Notes: generated by a model not told the origin, from the letters alone. Counted from the stretch's first letter, positions 29,182 to 39,315 are shown. The stretch is DNA of 64,000 bases from Candidatus Aceula meridiana (GCA_030765185.1 JAVCDE010000027.1:46132-110131); one strand, 5' to 3'. Translations and numbers: made by a program.

Positions 29182-29562
29182 TTAAACGCCGTCGAACCAC
29201 TTTTTTTGAAATCGCTTTCCTTCGCGTTCGAAGGCGCAATTAAAAATCATATCTTGTACTTTTTCACTAATCTCTTCAAATCGTACACCAACTAAAAAAT
29301 CTCGTCCTTCAAACCTGCCCCAAGTCACGCGACCCTGAGTTTGGATTGAAACTCCATCGGTAAGTTCAATAGTCAAAGAAAGCTTCTCGGAGTCTTCAAT
29401 CTTTTCATACGACCTCATACAAACCCCAGTATTGCTGATATCCCTGCTAACACATTCGTGAAAATTAACACCATTTTGATGCTTGTATGTGATCTTGTTA
29501 GCAACTTCCCATCGAGGAAAATAACGGTGGTCGCTTTGAGTGCCACTGATCTGATTGTTCAT
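29182..29562 (-). CDS. Stand-alone PilZ-domain (c-di-GMP-binding) protein
   Basis: PilZ signatures R-x3-R (HRYFPRWE) and D-x-S-x2-G (SRDISNTG). ATG at 29562 is preceded by GAAGGA. The track ORF starts at a GTG 42 nt further upstream. Confidence 0.6.
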   Translation of the reverse strand: MNNQISGTQSDHRYFPRWEVANKITYKHQNGVNFHECVSRDISNTGVCMRSYEKIEDSEKLSLTIELTDGVSIQTQGRVTWGRFEGRDFLVGVRFEEISEKVQDMIFNCAFEREGKRFQKKWFDGV

Positions 29563-29781
29563 CGTAGATCCTTCAACTGTTGTAGGGATAAATAAAAAAA
29601 CCACTTAACCTAGTACTTGGTTCCGTGGCTAATTTAAATATAGCATAATAAACTTGTGATGACAAGATAAGAGTTTTAAATCTTTACCCCATGTTTGCTT
29701 GACACAGATGAGGTGCAGTGGTAAAAATAGAATACGAATTCTGAAAAAAAATTAACACAAAGCAAGAAGGCAAAGATATTT

Positions 29782-30162
29782 ATGGAAAAACGAATTTTTT
29801 ATCACGACACTGATGCCGGAGGAGTTGTTTACTATGGCCGCTATTTAAACTACCTTGAAGAAGCAAGAACAGAATTTCTTGACAACAGAGGCCTCAGCGT
29901 TGTCGAATTTACAAACCAAGGATATCTTTATGCTGTCCGCAAGTGCAACATAACCTATAGAAGCCCAGCACGTTACGGAGAGACCATTAACTGCACAGCC
30001 GAACTTAAAAAGGTCACTGCTGCTCAGCTTATTTTTGATCAAAAAATCACAGAAAAAGGGACAAACCGGCTAATGGTCGAAGCCGAAGTAACTTTAGTTT
30101 GTCTAACCTCTGATTTTAAACCTGCTCAAATTCCAGATAACCTCAAAGAAAAGCTTGCCTAA
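29782..30162 (+). CDS. Acyl-CoA thioesterase, YbgC/4HBT family
   Basis: 126 aa hotdog fold (FYHDTDAGGVVYYGRYLNYLEEAR, catalytic Asp). Confidence 0.7.
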   Translation: MEKRIFYHDTDAGGVVYYGRYLNYLEEARTEFLDNRGLSVVEFTNQGYLYAVRKCNITYRSPARYGETINCTAELKKVTAAQLIFDQKITEKGTNRLMVEAEVTLVCLTSDFKPAQIPDNLKEKLA

Positions 30163-30273
30163 GTCAGGCATCCTTTCCGTGCTTTTCCTGCATGTTTTAA
30201 TGAGTTTTACCTTGTCACTTTTAGCCTTTGATGCTAATATATCTATCTTAATATAAATCAAAATATATAAATT

Positions 30274-30558
30274 ATGATTACTAAAAAAGACGTCCAATAC
30301 ATCGCACACCTTTCCCGCATTCACCTTGCTGAGAATGAAGCGGAATCACTCACTAAAAATCTTGAAGGCATTTTAACCTACATTGAAAAGCTCAAAAAGC
30401 TTGATGTCGCAGATGTTAAGCCAACGAGCCATGTTCTTCCTTTAGAAAACGTTTTTCGTGAAGACGTTGTACGCGAATCGCTTTCACAAAATGATGTAAT
30501 GAATATGGCTGTTGAAAAAAACAAAGGATCGTTTAAAGTGCCCCAGGTTATCGAATGA
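30274..30558 (+). CDS. gatC: Asp/Glu-tRNA amidotransferase subunit C
   Basis: 94 aa ([16 protein letters not shown]...[19 protein letters not shown]). Confidence 0.85.
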   Translation: MITKKDVQYIAHLSRIHLAENEAESLTKNLEGILTYIEKLKKLDVADVKPTSHVLPLENVFREDVVRESLSQNDVMNMAVEKNKGSFKVPQVIE

Positions 30559-31988
30559 AGCTAAACGAACTTACCGCACACGAAGCTCTCGCTGCTTTTA
30601 AGGCCAAAACAACAACCCCAAAGGCACTTTTAGAGACGGTTAAAAATGCTATTAACCGTACTGAAAAAAAAGTTAATGCATTTGCCCATCTTGATGAAAT
30701 TCCTTACAACTCAAAAGAAGATGCAAAAGCTCCTATCCCAATTGCTATTAAAGATAATATTTGCATCAAAGATTACCCGACAACTTGCGCTTCGCATATT
30801 TTAAAAAATTTTAAACCTCTATACGACGCCACAGTTATTAGCAAGCTGAGGGAGTCCGGAGCTAATTTCTTGGGCCACTCCAATATGGATGAGTTTGCTT
30901 TTGGGTCATCTACTGAAACATCACACTTTGGCCCAACAAAAAACCCATGGAATTTGGATTGTGTCCCTGGTGGGTCCAGCGGAGGCTCAGCCGCTGCTGT
31001 AGCTGCCAATGAGACAATTTGGGCTCTCGGGTCTGATACGGGAGGCTCTATTCGCCAACCTGCATCATTTTGCGGTGTTGTTGGATTAAAACCTACTTAC
31101 GGACTTGTATCCCGCTATGGACTTATTGCTTTTGCGTCGAGCTTAGATCAAATTGGCCCATTTACCAAAGATGTCGAAGATTGCGCCTTACTTCTTAACC
31201 TCATTGCCGGACATGATGAATATGATTCAACCTCTGCAAAAATTGAGATTCCAGATTACACAAAATCTCTAATTAATGATGCAAAGGGATTAAAAATTGC
31301 CATTCCCAAAGAATATTTTATTGAAGGAATTTCTCCTGATGTTAAGGCCAGTGTTGATGAAGCCATCGCGCTTTTGAAAAAGAAGGGGGCAACATTTACA
31401 GAAATTTCTATGCCTCATACCGAATATGCCGTAGCAACCTATTACATATTGGCAACGGCTGAGGCAAGTTCAAACTTAGCACGATTTGACGGAATTCAAT
31501 ATGGTTTACGTTCTTTACCAAAAGAGCAAAGAAAAACTTCTCTAATCGACCTTTACGAAGAAACACGAAATCAAGGTTTTGGACAAGAAGCCAAACGCCG
31601 CATTATGCTTGGAACATATTCCTTATCTGCAGGCTATTATGATGCATATTATCTAAGGGCCCAAAAGGTACGAACACTCATTAAAAAAGACTTTGACGAT
31701 GCCTTCAAACAATTTGATGCGATTATTACTCCGACGTCTCCGACAACGGCTTTTAAAATTGGCGAAAAAACCTCAAATCCTCTTTCGATGTACTTGTCAG
31801 ATATCTATACCATTTCTGCAAATTTAGCCGGTATCCCTGCGGTTTCAATTCCATGTGGATTTTCAAAAGACAATCTCCCAATCGGGCTTCAAATTATGAC
31901 AAAGCCGTTTGACGAGCAAATGCTTTTCCGCACAGCTTATAGCTATGAACAAAATACAGATTGGCACAAGAAAAGAGTGAACTTATGA
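30555..31988 (+). CDS. gatA: Asp/Glu-tRNA amidotransferase subunit A
   Basis: 477 aa amidase signature ([25 protein letters not shown]). Confidence 0.92.
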   Translation: MKLNELTAHEALAAFKAKTTTPKALLETVKNAINRTEKKVNAFAHLDEIPYNSKEDAKAPIPIAIKDNICIKDYPTTCASHILKNFKPLYDATVISKLRESGANFLGHSNMDEFAFGSSTETSHFGPTKNPWNLDCVPGGSSGGSAAAVAANETIWALGSDTGGSIRQPASFCGVVGLKPTYGLVSRYGLIAFASSLDQIGPFTKDVEDCALLLNLIAGHDEYDSTSAKIEIPDYTKSLINDAKGLKIAIPKEYFIEGISPDVKASVDEAIALLKKKGATFTEISMPHTEYAVATYYILATAEASSNLARFDGIQYGLRSLPKEQRKTSLIDLYEETRNQGFGQEAKRRIMLGTYSLSAGYYDAYYLRAQKVRTLIKKDFDDAFKQFDAIITPTSPTTAFKIGEKTSNPLSMYLSDIYTISANLAGIPAVSIPCGFSKDNLPIGLQIMTKPFDEQMLFRTAYSYEQNTDWHKKRVNL

Positions 31989-33421
31989 AAAACTACGAGA
32001 CCGTCATAGGGCTTGAAGTTCACCTCCAACTTAACACTAAAACAAAAATCTTTTGTGGATGCGCAAATACTTTTGGACAAAATGCTAATACGCTCACGTG
32101 CCCAATCTGCCTAGGACTACCAGGAACACTTCCTGTTTTTAATAAAGAAGTTCTTAAAAATGGTATTCGCGTCGGCCTCGCATTGAATTGTAAAATTAAT
32201 TCTTTTGTCAAATTTGACCGAAAAAATTATTATTACCCAGATTTGCCTAAGGCATATCAAATTTCACAATATGATTTTCCAATCGCCAAAGATGGCTATC
32301 TGCCTGTGCAAATAGATGGCCAGCTTAAAAATATTGGCATCACCCGAGCTCATATGGAAGAGGACGCTGGAAAACTTATCCATGACTCCGAAATTAAAGC
32401 CAGTTTAGTTGATTATAACCGAACAGGAACACCTCTTGTTGAAATTGTTAGCGAGCCAGATATCCGCTCGCCTCAAGAAGCTTATGATTACTTAACAAGT
32501 CTAAAACTTCTTATGCAATATTTAGATGTCTCAGATTGCGACATGGAAAAGGGTTCTTTACGCTGTGATGCAAACATTTCTTTAAGAAAAGAAGGTGCCA
32601 AGGAATTTGGAACAAAGGCAGAGGTTAAGAATCTTAATTCTTTTAAAGCGGTTAAAAGCGCTCTTGAGTTTGAAGTTGGCCGCCAAAAAAAACTTCTTGA
32701 TTCTGGTGAGCGAGTTGTTCAGGAAACGCGGCTTTGGGATGAGGCCAAACAAATTACGCTTTCGATGCGAAGCAAGGAAGAGGCCCATGATTACCGTTAT
32801 TTTCCTGAGCCGGATCTTGTGCCTTTTACCGTCGATCAAAAAGTTATCGATGCCGCAAGAAAAGCCCTTCCGGAATTTCCCCTTGCAAAGAGCGGCCGTT
32901 TTATCAAAGAATACGGGCTTTCTGAATACGATGCCGATGTTTTAATCCAAGATAAGAATCTTTCCCAATTCTTTGAAGACTGTATCGTCAATTACAATGA
33001 ACCAAAAAAAATCTGCAACTGGATTTCTGGTGCGCTTAAACAAGAACTTAATGCCAAAAAAATAAATTTTCCCGAAGCAAAGCTATCTGTTGATCATTTT
33101 ATTTCTCTTATTCAAAAAGTTGATGATGGCACTGTCAGTAACTTAGCGGGAAAAGATGTTTTAAAAATCATGCTTGATACACATAAGGACCCCAATGCCA
33201 TTATCAGTAATAAGGGCCTTGCACAGGTTTCTGACGAAGGCGCATTAGAAAATATTATTGCGGAAGTCGTTTCTGAAAATCCACAAATTGTCGAACAAAT
33301 TAAATTAGGAAAAGAAAGCGCCATTGGATTTCTTGTCGGCCAATCAATGCGCAAAACCCAAGGAAAAGCTAATCCCAAAATTATAAATCAGATGTTAAAA
33401 AGGAGAATTCTCGATGTTTAA
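31985..33421 (+). CDS. gatB: Asp/Glu-tRNA amidotransferase subunit B
   Basis: GatB motifs ([20 protein letters not shown]) and C-terminal GatB/YqeY domain. ATG at 31985 overlaps the gatA TGA. The track ORF extends to 31961. Confidence 0.9.
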   Translation: MKNYETVIGLEVHLQLNTKTKIFCGCANTFGQNANTLTCPICLGLPGTLPVFNKEVLKNGIRVGLALNCKINSFVKFDRKNYYYPDLPKAYQISQYDFPIAKDGYLPVQIDGQLKNIGITRAHMEEDAGKLIHDSEIKASLVDYNRTGTPLVEIVSEPDIRSPQEAYDYLTSLKLLMQYLDVSDCDMEKGSLRCDANISLRKEGAKEFGTKAEVKNLNSFKAVKSALEFEVGRQKKLLDSGERVVQETRLWDEAKQITLSMRSKEEAHDYRYFPEPDLVPFTVDQKVIDAARKALPEFPLAKSGRFIKEYGLSEYDADVLIQDKNLSQFFEDCIVNYNEPKKICNWISGALKQELNAKKINFPEAKLSVDHFISLIQKVDDGTVSNLAGKDVLKIMLDTHKDPNAIISNKGLAQVSDEGALENIIAEVVSENPQIVEQIKLGKESAIGFLVGQSMRKTQGKANPKIINQMLKRRILDV

Positions 33422-34703
33422 AAAGTTTCTCATTGCCACCATTTGCATTTTTTCTGTTCTTTTGATGGCTCAAAGCGCTATGTGCGAAATTGACAAAAAT
33501 GATAAAATTGACTCCGATCTTTATGCTCAAATTGAACTTTTTAGCTATGCCTTAACAACGGTTCAGGCGGCTTACACTGAAGAGCCAACAGCAAAAGACC
33601 TCATCTACGGATCCCTTAAGGGCATGCTGAGCTCTCTTGATCCTCACAGCCAATTCCTAACCCCGGAAGACTACAAGGACTTAAAAACAGAAACAGAAGG
33701 CAAATTTGGTGGACTTGGCATTGAAATTTCTATTCGCGATAACCTTTTAACTGTTATCACGCCTCTTGAAGACACGCCGGCCTGGAATGTCGGAATTAAG
33801 GCAATGGATAGCATCATTAAAATTGAAGGCGAGTCAACAAAAGATATCACCTTAAGCGAAGCCGTTAAAAAACTACGCGGAAAACCAGGCACCAAAGTTG
33901 ATGTAACCATTTTTCGCGAAAGCGCAGGAAAAATCCTTGAATTTACAATTACGCGCGAGGTCATTCACATTCAAGATGTTAAGGATGTTATGATTTTAGA
34001 TGATGACATCGGCTACATTCGCTTGACGGAATTTCGAGAAGATTCTCATAAAGAATTTAGAAAAGCTTTAGACCAACTAAAAGGAGAAGGGGCTCAAGCT
34101 CTTATTTTAGATTTAAGAAATAACCCTGGTGGGTTGCTTAATGTTGCCATTGATATCACCGAGGAATTCTTACCTGAAGGTGAAACAATTGTATCAATAA
34201 AATCTCGCAATCCATCGCAAAACAGCGTTTCTAAATCCTCGAACAAAAATGGCGACTATCTTGAATGGCCGATGATTGTTCTAATAAACGAAGGAAGTGC
34301 CTCAGGCAGTGAAATTTTAGCTGGCGCTCTTAAGGACAATAAACGTGCTGTGACTTTAGGAACAAAATCCTATGGTAAGGGTTCAGTTCAATCTGTCATT
34401 CCTCTGCCAGATGGCGCAGGATTAAAGCTAACCACTAGCAAATACTTTACGCCATCCGGCCAATCAATCCATGGAATCGGCATCAATCCGGATGTTGTTG
34501 TTGAGCGTAAATTTGAATTAGATAGCATTGAAAAAGATGAAAAAAGTACCGCTAAAGAAATTTTTAATAATGTCGAGAATGGCGATCAACAGATAGATTC
34601 AGAAACAAAAGAAAAAACTACAGCTAAAGAGAAACTTTTATCCGATAATCAAGTTCAATCAGCGATTAGCGTGCTCCAGGGCATCAAAGTTTATCGTAAT
34701 TAA
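33414..34703 (+). CDS. ctpA: Carboxyl-terminal processing protease (S41 family)
   Basis: 429 aa. Signal peptide, PDZ domain and S41 catalytic region (DLRNNPGGLL...GSASGSEILAGAL...KSYGKG). Confidence 0.85.
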   Translation: MFKKFLIATICIFSVLLMAQSAMCEIDKNDKIDSDLYAQIELFSYALTTVQAAYTEEPTAKDLIYGSLKGMLSSLDPHSQFLTPEDYKDLKTETEGKFGGLGIEISIRDNLLTVITPLEDTPAWNVGIKAMDSIIKIEGESTKDITLSEAVKKLRGKPGTKVDVTIFRESAGKILEFTITREVIHIQDVKDVMILDDDIGYIRLTEFREDSHKEFRKALDQLKGEGAQALILDLRNNPGGLLNVAIDITEEFLPEGETIVSIKSRNPSQNSVSKSSNKNGDYLEWPMIVLINEGSASGSEILAGALKDNKRAVTLGTKSYGKGSVQSVIPLPDGAGLKLTTSKYFTPSGQSIHGIGINPDVVVERKFELDSIEKDEKSTAKEIFNNVENGDQQIDSETKEKTTAKEKLLSDNQVQSAISVLQGIKVYRN

Positions 34704-34706
34704 TTT

Positions 34707-35531
34707 ATGTCCTTAACAAAAAGTCAATTCTCAAAACGTAACATTATCATTGGGGTCGGCATCTTTTGTGTTGCGAGCCTTGTTGTCGCTTTTGCCTTAA
34801 AGTCCATTCGTACAAATAGCCTCACTCAGACTCCAAAAGCCGCTCCTGAGCCCATAGGACGCATTGCCATCATTCTCGATGATTGGGGCTACAATTCCAA
34901 AGGTTGCGCCTTTTTAGAAAAAATCGATATCCCTGTCGCAGTGTCAATTCTTCCTGAGTTACACTATAGCCAAGACATGGCGCGCTGCGCACATCAGAAC
35001 AATAAAGAAGTTATGTTGCATCTTCCACTCGAGCCTCATAAATTCTCTGAAACATATCCGGACGGCTACGTTATTTTATCTTCAATGACGAAAGATGAAG
35101 TCTTTGCCCATCTTGATAAATTCTTTAAAAATATTCCGTTTGTTGTCGGGGCCAATAACCATATGGGGTCAAAGGCAACTGAAAACAGAGAGCTCATGAA
35201 AACTATCTTTTCATATCTCCATAAAAATAATTTCTTCTTCATCGATAGCTTAGTCTCCAGCGATTCAATCTGCGAATCAGTGGCTCAAGGGGAGGGTGTT
35301 TCATTTCTCCGCCGAAATGTTTTTTTGGATAACGAAGCAAACTCAGAATATATCAAAGGGCAACTTGATCAGCTTGCCAAACGGGCAAGAAAATATGGCT
35401 TCGCCCTTGGGATTGGTCATGACAGGCCCTTGACTCAGAAAGCCCTCTTAGAATACGGACAAGAAATGAAGAATCAAGGATTTGATTTCGTAACAGTTAA
35501 AGAACTAATTGATTATGCCAAAAAAAAATAA
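34707..35531 (+). CDS. Divergent polysaccharide deacetylase family protein (YibQ-like)
   Basis: 274 aa. N-terminal TM, IAIILDDWGYN and HLPLEP motifs typical of the YibQ family. Confidence 0.6.
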   Translation: MSLTKSQFSKRNIIIGVGIFCVASLVVAFALKSIRTNSLTQTPKAAPEPIGRIAIILDDWGYNSKGCAFLEKIDIPVAVSILPELHYSQDMARCAHQNNKEVMLHLPLEPHKFSETYPDGYVILSSMTKDEVFAHLDKFFKNIPFVVGANNHMGSKATENRELMKTIFSYLHKNNFFFIDSLVSSDSICESVAQGEGVSFLRRNVFLDNEANSEYIKGQLDQLAKRARKYGFALGIGHDRPLTQKALLEYGQEMKNQGFDFVTVKELIDYAKKK

Positions 35532-36528
35532 AATAAACATCCTAGGCATTGAAACCTCTTGCGATGAAACAGCGGCTTCGGTTATCCAGAGCGGAAAACT
35601 CATTCTTTCAAATGTTGTCGCCTCAAGCTTGCATCTGCATAAAAAATACGGAGGGATCATCCCAGAGATTGCATCACGCAAACAACTCGAGCTGATCGAC
35701 AAGGTTGTTGAACGTGCTCTGAAAAATGCAAAGCTTAAGATAAACGACATTCATGCAATAGCCGTCACAACACATCCCGGATTAGTTGGTTCGCTTCTAG
35801 TTGGAATTTCTTGGGCGCGCGCATTGTCTTACGCGCTAAAAAAACCATTAATTGAAATTGATCATATCAAGGCGCATCTTTACGCTGGGTTTCTTAAGGA
35901 TATGAAGTCAAAAACAGACACTTCCTCTCAGAGGCTTCCCGCAGTTGGCCTTGTCGCCTCAGGCGGTCATTCTAGCTTGTTTTATGTAAAATCATTTGAT
36001 AATTTTAAGCTTCTAGGACAAACACGAGATGATGCCGCCGGAGAAGCCTATGATAAAGTCGCCCGCATTCTGGGATTAGGATACCCGGGAGGCCCTGTTA
36101 TTGATCGCCTTGCGAAAAAGGGGAAAAACAAAGATATCCATTTCCCAAGAGCTGATCTTGGCCAAACGCTTGATTTTAGCTTTAGTGGATTAAAAACGGC
36201 AGTTTACTATTATGAAAAAAAATGGAAGGATAAAAAATCTTTGCCCATTAATAAAATCGCTTACGCATTTCAAGAAAGTGTTGTTCAATCGCTTGTCAAA
36301 AAAAGTATTTCAGGTTGCTTGCAAAAGAAAGTTAAAACCCTTATTGTAGGAGGAGGGGTAGCAGCCAATTCTGCCTTGCGGAAAAAGTTACAAGAAGCCG
36401 GCCAACTTCATAGAATTAAAGTTATTTTTCCAAGCCTTAATCTTTGTATGGACAATGCAGCCATGATTGCTGGCTTAGGATACCACTTCTTTATAAAAAA
36501 ACAAAAAAATAAAGGGAGGAAGCATTGA
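35509..36528 (+). CDS. tsaD: tRNA N6-adenosine threonylcarbamoyltransferase
   Basis: 339 aa Kae1/TsaD family (ILGIETSCDETAASV, VASGGHSSL, GGGVAAN). Confidence 0.88.
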   Translation: MIMPKKNKINILGIETSCDETAASVIQSGKLILSNVVASSLHLHKKYGGIIPEIASRKQLELIDKVVERALKNAKLKINDIHAIAVTTHPGLVGSLLVGISWARALSYALKKPLIEIDHIKAHLYAGFLKDMKSKTDTSSQRLPAVGLVASGGHSSLFYVKSFDNFKLLGQTRDDAAGEAYDKVARILGLGYPGGPVIDRLAKKGKNKDIHFPRADLGQTLDFSFSGLKTAVYYYEKKWKDKKSLPINKIAYAFQESVVQSLVKKSISGCLQKKVKTLIVGGGVAANSALRKKLQEAGQLHRIKVIFPSLNLCMDNAAMIAGLGYHFFIKKQKNKGRKH

Positions 36529-36968
36529 TCGAGCAAATTACCGAAACCTTAATCAAAGTTCTCTTAACTACTTTTCTATGTGGGGCGATTGGAGCAGAAA
36601 GATTTACTCGACATAAAGGAGCAGGAATGCGAACCCACATCTTAATTGGCGTCGGAGCAACGCTGCTCGTATTGACTTCTTATCATGTTTTTGATATATA
36701 TAAGGATGTTGGAGACATTGACCCGACTCGCATTATCGCCGCAATTGTAACAGGAATTGGTTTTTTATGTGCCGGAACAATTATTCGAGGAGGGGCAAAT
36801 GTTACAGGCCTCACCACAGCGGCAACTTCTTGGACTGTTGCCGGAATCGGTATTTCAGTTGGCTGTGGAAACTATATCGCTGCTATCATTGTTACTATTG
36901 TTGTTTTCTGGGTCCTTTTGGGGCTTCGGTCGGCGGAAAAGAAAATTGAAAGATTTTTTAACAGTTAA
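36525..36968 (+). CDS. MgtC/SapB family membrane protein
   Basis: 147 aa. 4-5 TM helices. MgtC signature (GAIGAERFTRHKGAGMRTHILIGVGA). Confidence 0.7.
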   Translation: MIEQITETLIKVLLTTFLCGAIGAERFTRHKGAGMRTHILIGVGATLLVLTSYHVFDIYKDVGDIDPTRIIAAIVTGIGFLCAGTIIRGGANVTGLTTAATSWTVAGIGISVGCGNYIAAIIVTIVVFWVLLGLRSAEKKIERFFNS

Positions 36969-36991
36969 TCTACAGGGGAGGGAAAGCCGCC

Positions 36992-37504
36992 ATGAGAGAT
37001 AAAAGAAATAAAAAGAATACAGAAGAAAAAGCAATTGAAATTAACGCAGAAATGCAAGGAACCCTATCTTTTGGTGACCCTGTAAACTTACGCATCAATG
37101 GCATGTTTGAAGGAACACTGCAGACACGTGGCACATTAACAATCGGAGAAGAAGCTTCTGTTGAAGCACGAATTACCGGTGAAAGCATCATTGTTGCCGG
37201 AAAAGTTAAAGGCGACGTCTCTGCTCAGACAATGCTGGTTCTTATGCCAACAGCTGAACTTACAGGAAACATCACAACTCCAAAGCTTAATATCGTTGAA
37301 GGCGCTATTTTCCAAGGCAAGTGCCACATGCTCAACGAAAGCCTTACCCTAGAAGAAGCCTCGAAATACCTCGAGCTTGATATTCCTTCGGTTATTGAGA
37401 TGGCAAATGCTGGCAATATCCCAGCGACTCGAAGTGGAGACGAATGGAAATTTGAACGTGCAAAGATTGACCGATGGATCGTGCTTGAAAAAGCAAAGGG
37501 CTAA
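36992..37504 (+). CDS. Bactofilin (polymer-forming cytoskeletal protein) with a fused C-terminal excisionase-type HTH domain
   Basis: Bactofilin beta-helix repeats (GTLTIGEEASVEARITGESIIVAGKVKGDVSA...NIVEGAIFQGKCHM). C-terminal HTH_17-like segment (LTLEEASKYLELDIPSVIEMANAGNIPATRSGDEWKFERAKIDRWI). Confidence 0.65.
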   Translation: MRDKRNKKNTEEKAIEINAEMQGTLSFGDPVNLRINGMFEGTLQTRGTLTIGEEASVEARITGESIIVAGKVKGDVSAQTMLVLMPTAELTGNITTPKLNIVEGAIFQGKCHMLNESLTLEEASKYLELDIPSVIEMANAGNIPATRSGDEWKFERAKIDRWIVLEKAKG

Positions 37505-37540
37505 TCCCTCTCACTAAAAACTAAGGGAAAAAACTAACCT

Positions 37541-37843
37541 ATGGCTGATCAATTTATCTCTGTTCGAGAAGCTGCCCAAGCTTTAAGAATTTCAGAGCGA
37601 AAAATTATGGAACTGGTAGACGAAGAAAGGCTCCAGGCCTATCGCATCGCAGGCCAATTTATTCGTTTTAAACGAAGTGACGTCTTGTCTTTAAAAAGTG
37701 CTGGAACCGTTGCCTCGGAAACAACTCATCACGAATACACAAGGCGTGAGCGATTTTACGACTTTATTTATTTTAATGATTTTTATATTCTTTCTTTTTT
37801 TATTGTTCTTTTTTTCCTCTATATCATCTTTACAAACGCATGA
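37541..37843 (+). CDS. Excisionase-family HTH DNA-binding protein with a C-terminal hydrophobic (TM) tail
   Basis: HTH_17-like N-terminus (FISVREAAQALRISERKIMELVDEERLQAYRIAGQFIRFKRSDV). Residues 73-100 are strongly hydrophobic (FYDFIYFNDFYILSFFIVLFFLYIIFT). Confidence 0.5.
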   Translation: MADQFISVREAAQALRISERKIMELVDEERLQAYRIAGQFIRFKRSDVLSLKSAGTVASETTHHEYTRRERFYDFIYFNDFYILSFFIVLFFLYIIFTNA

Positions 37844-37910
37844 TCCGATCCTTACCTTTTAAGAAAATTCTTGATATTTGTTTTGCTTTCGCGTAAAATG
37901 CACTCTCTCT

Positions 37911-37987
37911 GGCGGCGTAGCTCAGCCCGATAGAGCACTCGGTTCATACCCGATTTGTCACTGGTTTAAATCCAGTCGCCGCCACCA
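37911..37987 (+). tRNA. tRNA with CAU anticodon (elongator tRNA-Met or tRNA-Ile2; not initiator)
   Basis: Manual fold: acceptor GGCGGCG/CGCCGCC with a paired 1:72, anticodon loop TTCATAC, T-loop TTTAAAT, encoded CCA. Promoter TTGATA-17-TAAAAT upstream. Initiator hallmarks (1:72 mismatch, three G:C pairs in the anticodon stem) are absent. Confidence 0.8.
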
Positions 37988-38078
37988 CTTTTTCTTTTCC
38001 TTAAATGCTTGCACGCCTTTTCAGTTCCAAGTATAATACACATGCTTTAGTAAACTTTTCTACAAAGGAAAAAATGCA

Positions 38079-38657
38079 TTGAGAAAAAAATTTAGCCTAC
38101 TCATCCTAATAATAACATTACTTCTGTCGCCTAAAATTACTTTTGCCCAGGGAGAAGGTATTGACTCCATTTATAAAAAAGAAAAAATTGAGTCCATTTA
38201 TGATGTTAAAAAAATCGAAGATGTTTCCGTAGGACGCCTTCGTCTGTACATCCTTTCTGATGAAAACCGCAAAAAATACGAAGAGGCGCTTGCCAAGTGG
38301 GAAGCCGCCAAATCAAAACGTATCACTATCGAAAATAAAATTGCCGACACTAAAAAGAAATTGCGTGATTTTAAGCTAAACAAGCCATCAATGGTCGGAA
38401 AAAAAGAACAAAAGCTTGTTAAAAAAATTGAAAAAGCAAAAACAGTAGTTGAAAAGGCGCAAAGAAAACTTAAAAAGCTTGAATCTGAATACGACTCAAA
38501 ATTCGCGAAAGAAAAAGCAAAAATCCAGAAAAAAGAAGATAAAATAGCTAAAAAAATTAAAAAAGAACAAGGAAAACTTGCAAAAGCAAAAAAAATGGAA
38601 GAAGCGGCTCTCAAAAAACTAAAATCTCTAGAAAAACAACTTAAAATACCCAAATAA
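38079..38657 (+). CDS. Secreted lysine-rich coiled-coil protein (hypothetical)
   Basis: TTG start with an AAAGGAAAAAA RBS. Signal peptide (LLILIITLLLSPKITFAQG). The remaining 170 aa are about 30% Lys with heptad-like KKxEKAK repeats. Confidence 0.45.
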   Translation: MRKKFSLLILIITLLLSPKITFAQGEGIDSIYKKEKIESIYDVKKIEDVSVGRLRLYILSDENRKKYEEALAKWEAAKSKRITIENKIADTKKKLRDFKLNKPSMVGKKEQKLVKKIEKAKTVVEKAQRKLKKLESEYDSKFAKEKAKIQKKEDKIAKKIKKEQGKLAKAKKMEEAALKKLKSLEKQLKIPK

Positions 38658-38659
38658 TT

Positions 38660-39205
38660 ATGAAAAAAAATAACTTAAGAATTTTTCTCATTACGCTCTC
38701 TTTTATGTCTATTACGACAATTATTAGTGCCCAAACTGTAAGGGAACCACTGTTTCACTCTTTATCACAAGAAAAAAACAAAACTTACAAAATTGAAAAA
38801 GTTACTAAGACGGGCATCTTAAAACTAGATGACGGACGTTATGTAAAGCTTATCGGCTTAAAAAATCTTCCTCCCTGCAAAAAAGAATTCAAGCGCAATC
38901 CACAAGGAATTATTATTGAAGAATATAGCCCCGTAATCCCTGTAGAAGAATTAGCGTATAATTTTATAACTGAACTCCTTGAAAAGAAGGAAGTCACCCT
39001 TGAGCTTGACGAACAATATCGCGACATGGAAGGTTACATCTTAGGCTACATTTTCTTAAAAGACGGAACATTTGCAAATGCCGAAATTCTTAGAAACGGC
39101 TATGCTAGCTTGCGCATTTCACCTCCAAACCTTAAATACGAGAATGAACTCCGTCAATCCTACCAAGAAGCCAGTCGAGAAAAACGCGGATTGCACGGAG
39201 AATAG
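38660..39205 (+). CDS. Secreted thermonuclease (SNase-like) family protein
   Basis: 181 aa. Signal peptide and an SNase/OB fold (GRYVKLIGL...GYILGYIFLKDGTFANAEILRNGYASL). Confidence 0.65.
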   Translation: MKKNNLRIFLITLSFMSITTIISAQTVREPLFHSLSQEKNKTYKIEKVTKTGILKLDDGRYVKLIGLKNLPPCKKEFKRNPQGIIIEEYSPVIPVEELAYNFITELLEKKEVTLELDEQYRDMEGYILGYIFLKDGTFANAEILRNGYASLRISPPNLKYENELRQSYQEASREKRGLHGE

Positions 39206-39315
39206 CATGGGAGAGACCTGGGCTTTGATGGTAGTTCTTGTCTTGCTTTTACTTCTAATCGCAGTCTTTGGCACCCGATGGTTTAATCAATTTTAGTTTG
39301 CCTTAGTTTTTTGCA

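Noticed and set aside
37911-37987. Initiator tRNA-fMet assignment for the CAU tRNA
   Set aside because: 1:72 is a Watson-Crick G:C pair and the anticodon stem lacks the three consecutive G:C pairs of bacterial initiators.
37844-39315. Integrated mobile element at the tRNA(CAU) gene
   Set aside because: It has excisionase-like HTH genes and a tRNA. It has no integrase, no recombinase, no recognisable attachment-site repeat of the tRNA 3' end within the next few kb, and conserved housekeeping genes (tilS, ftsH) resume within 1.3 kb.
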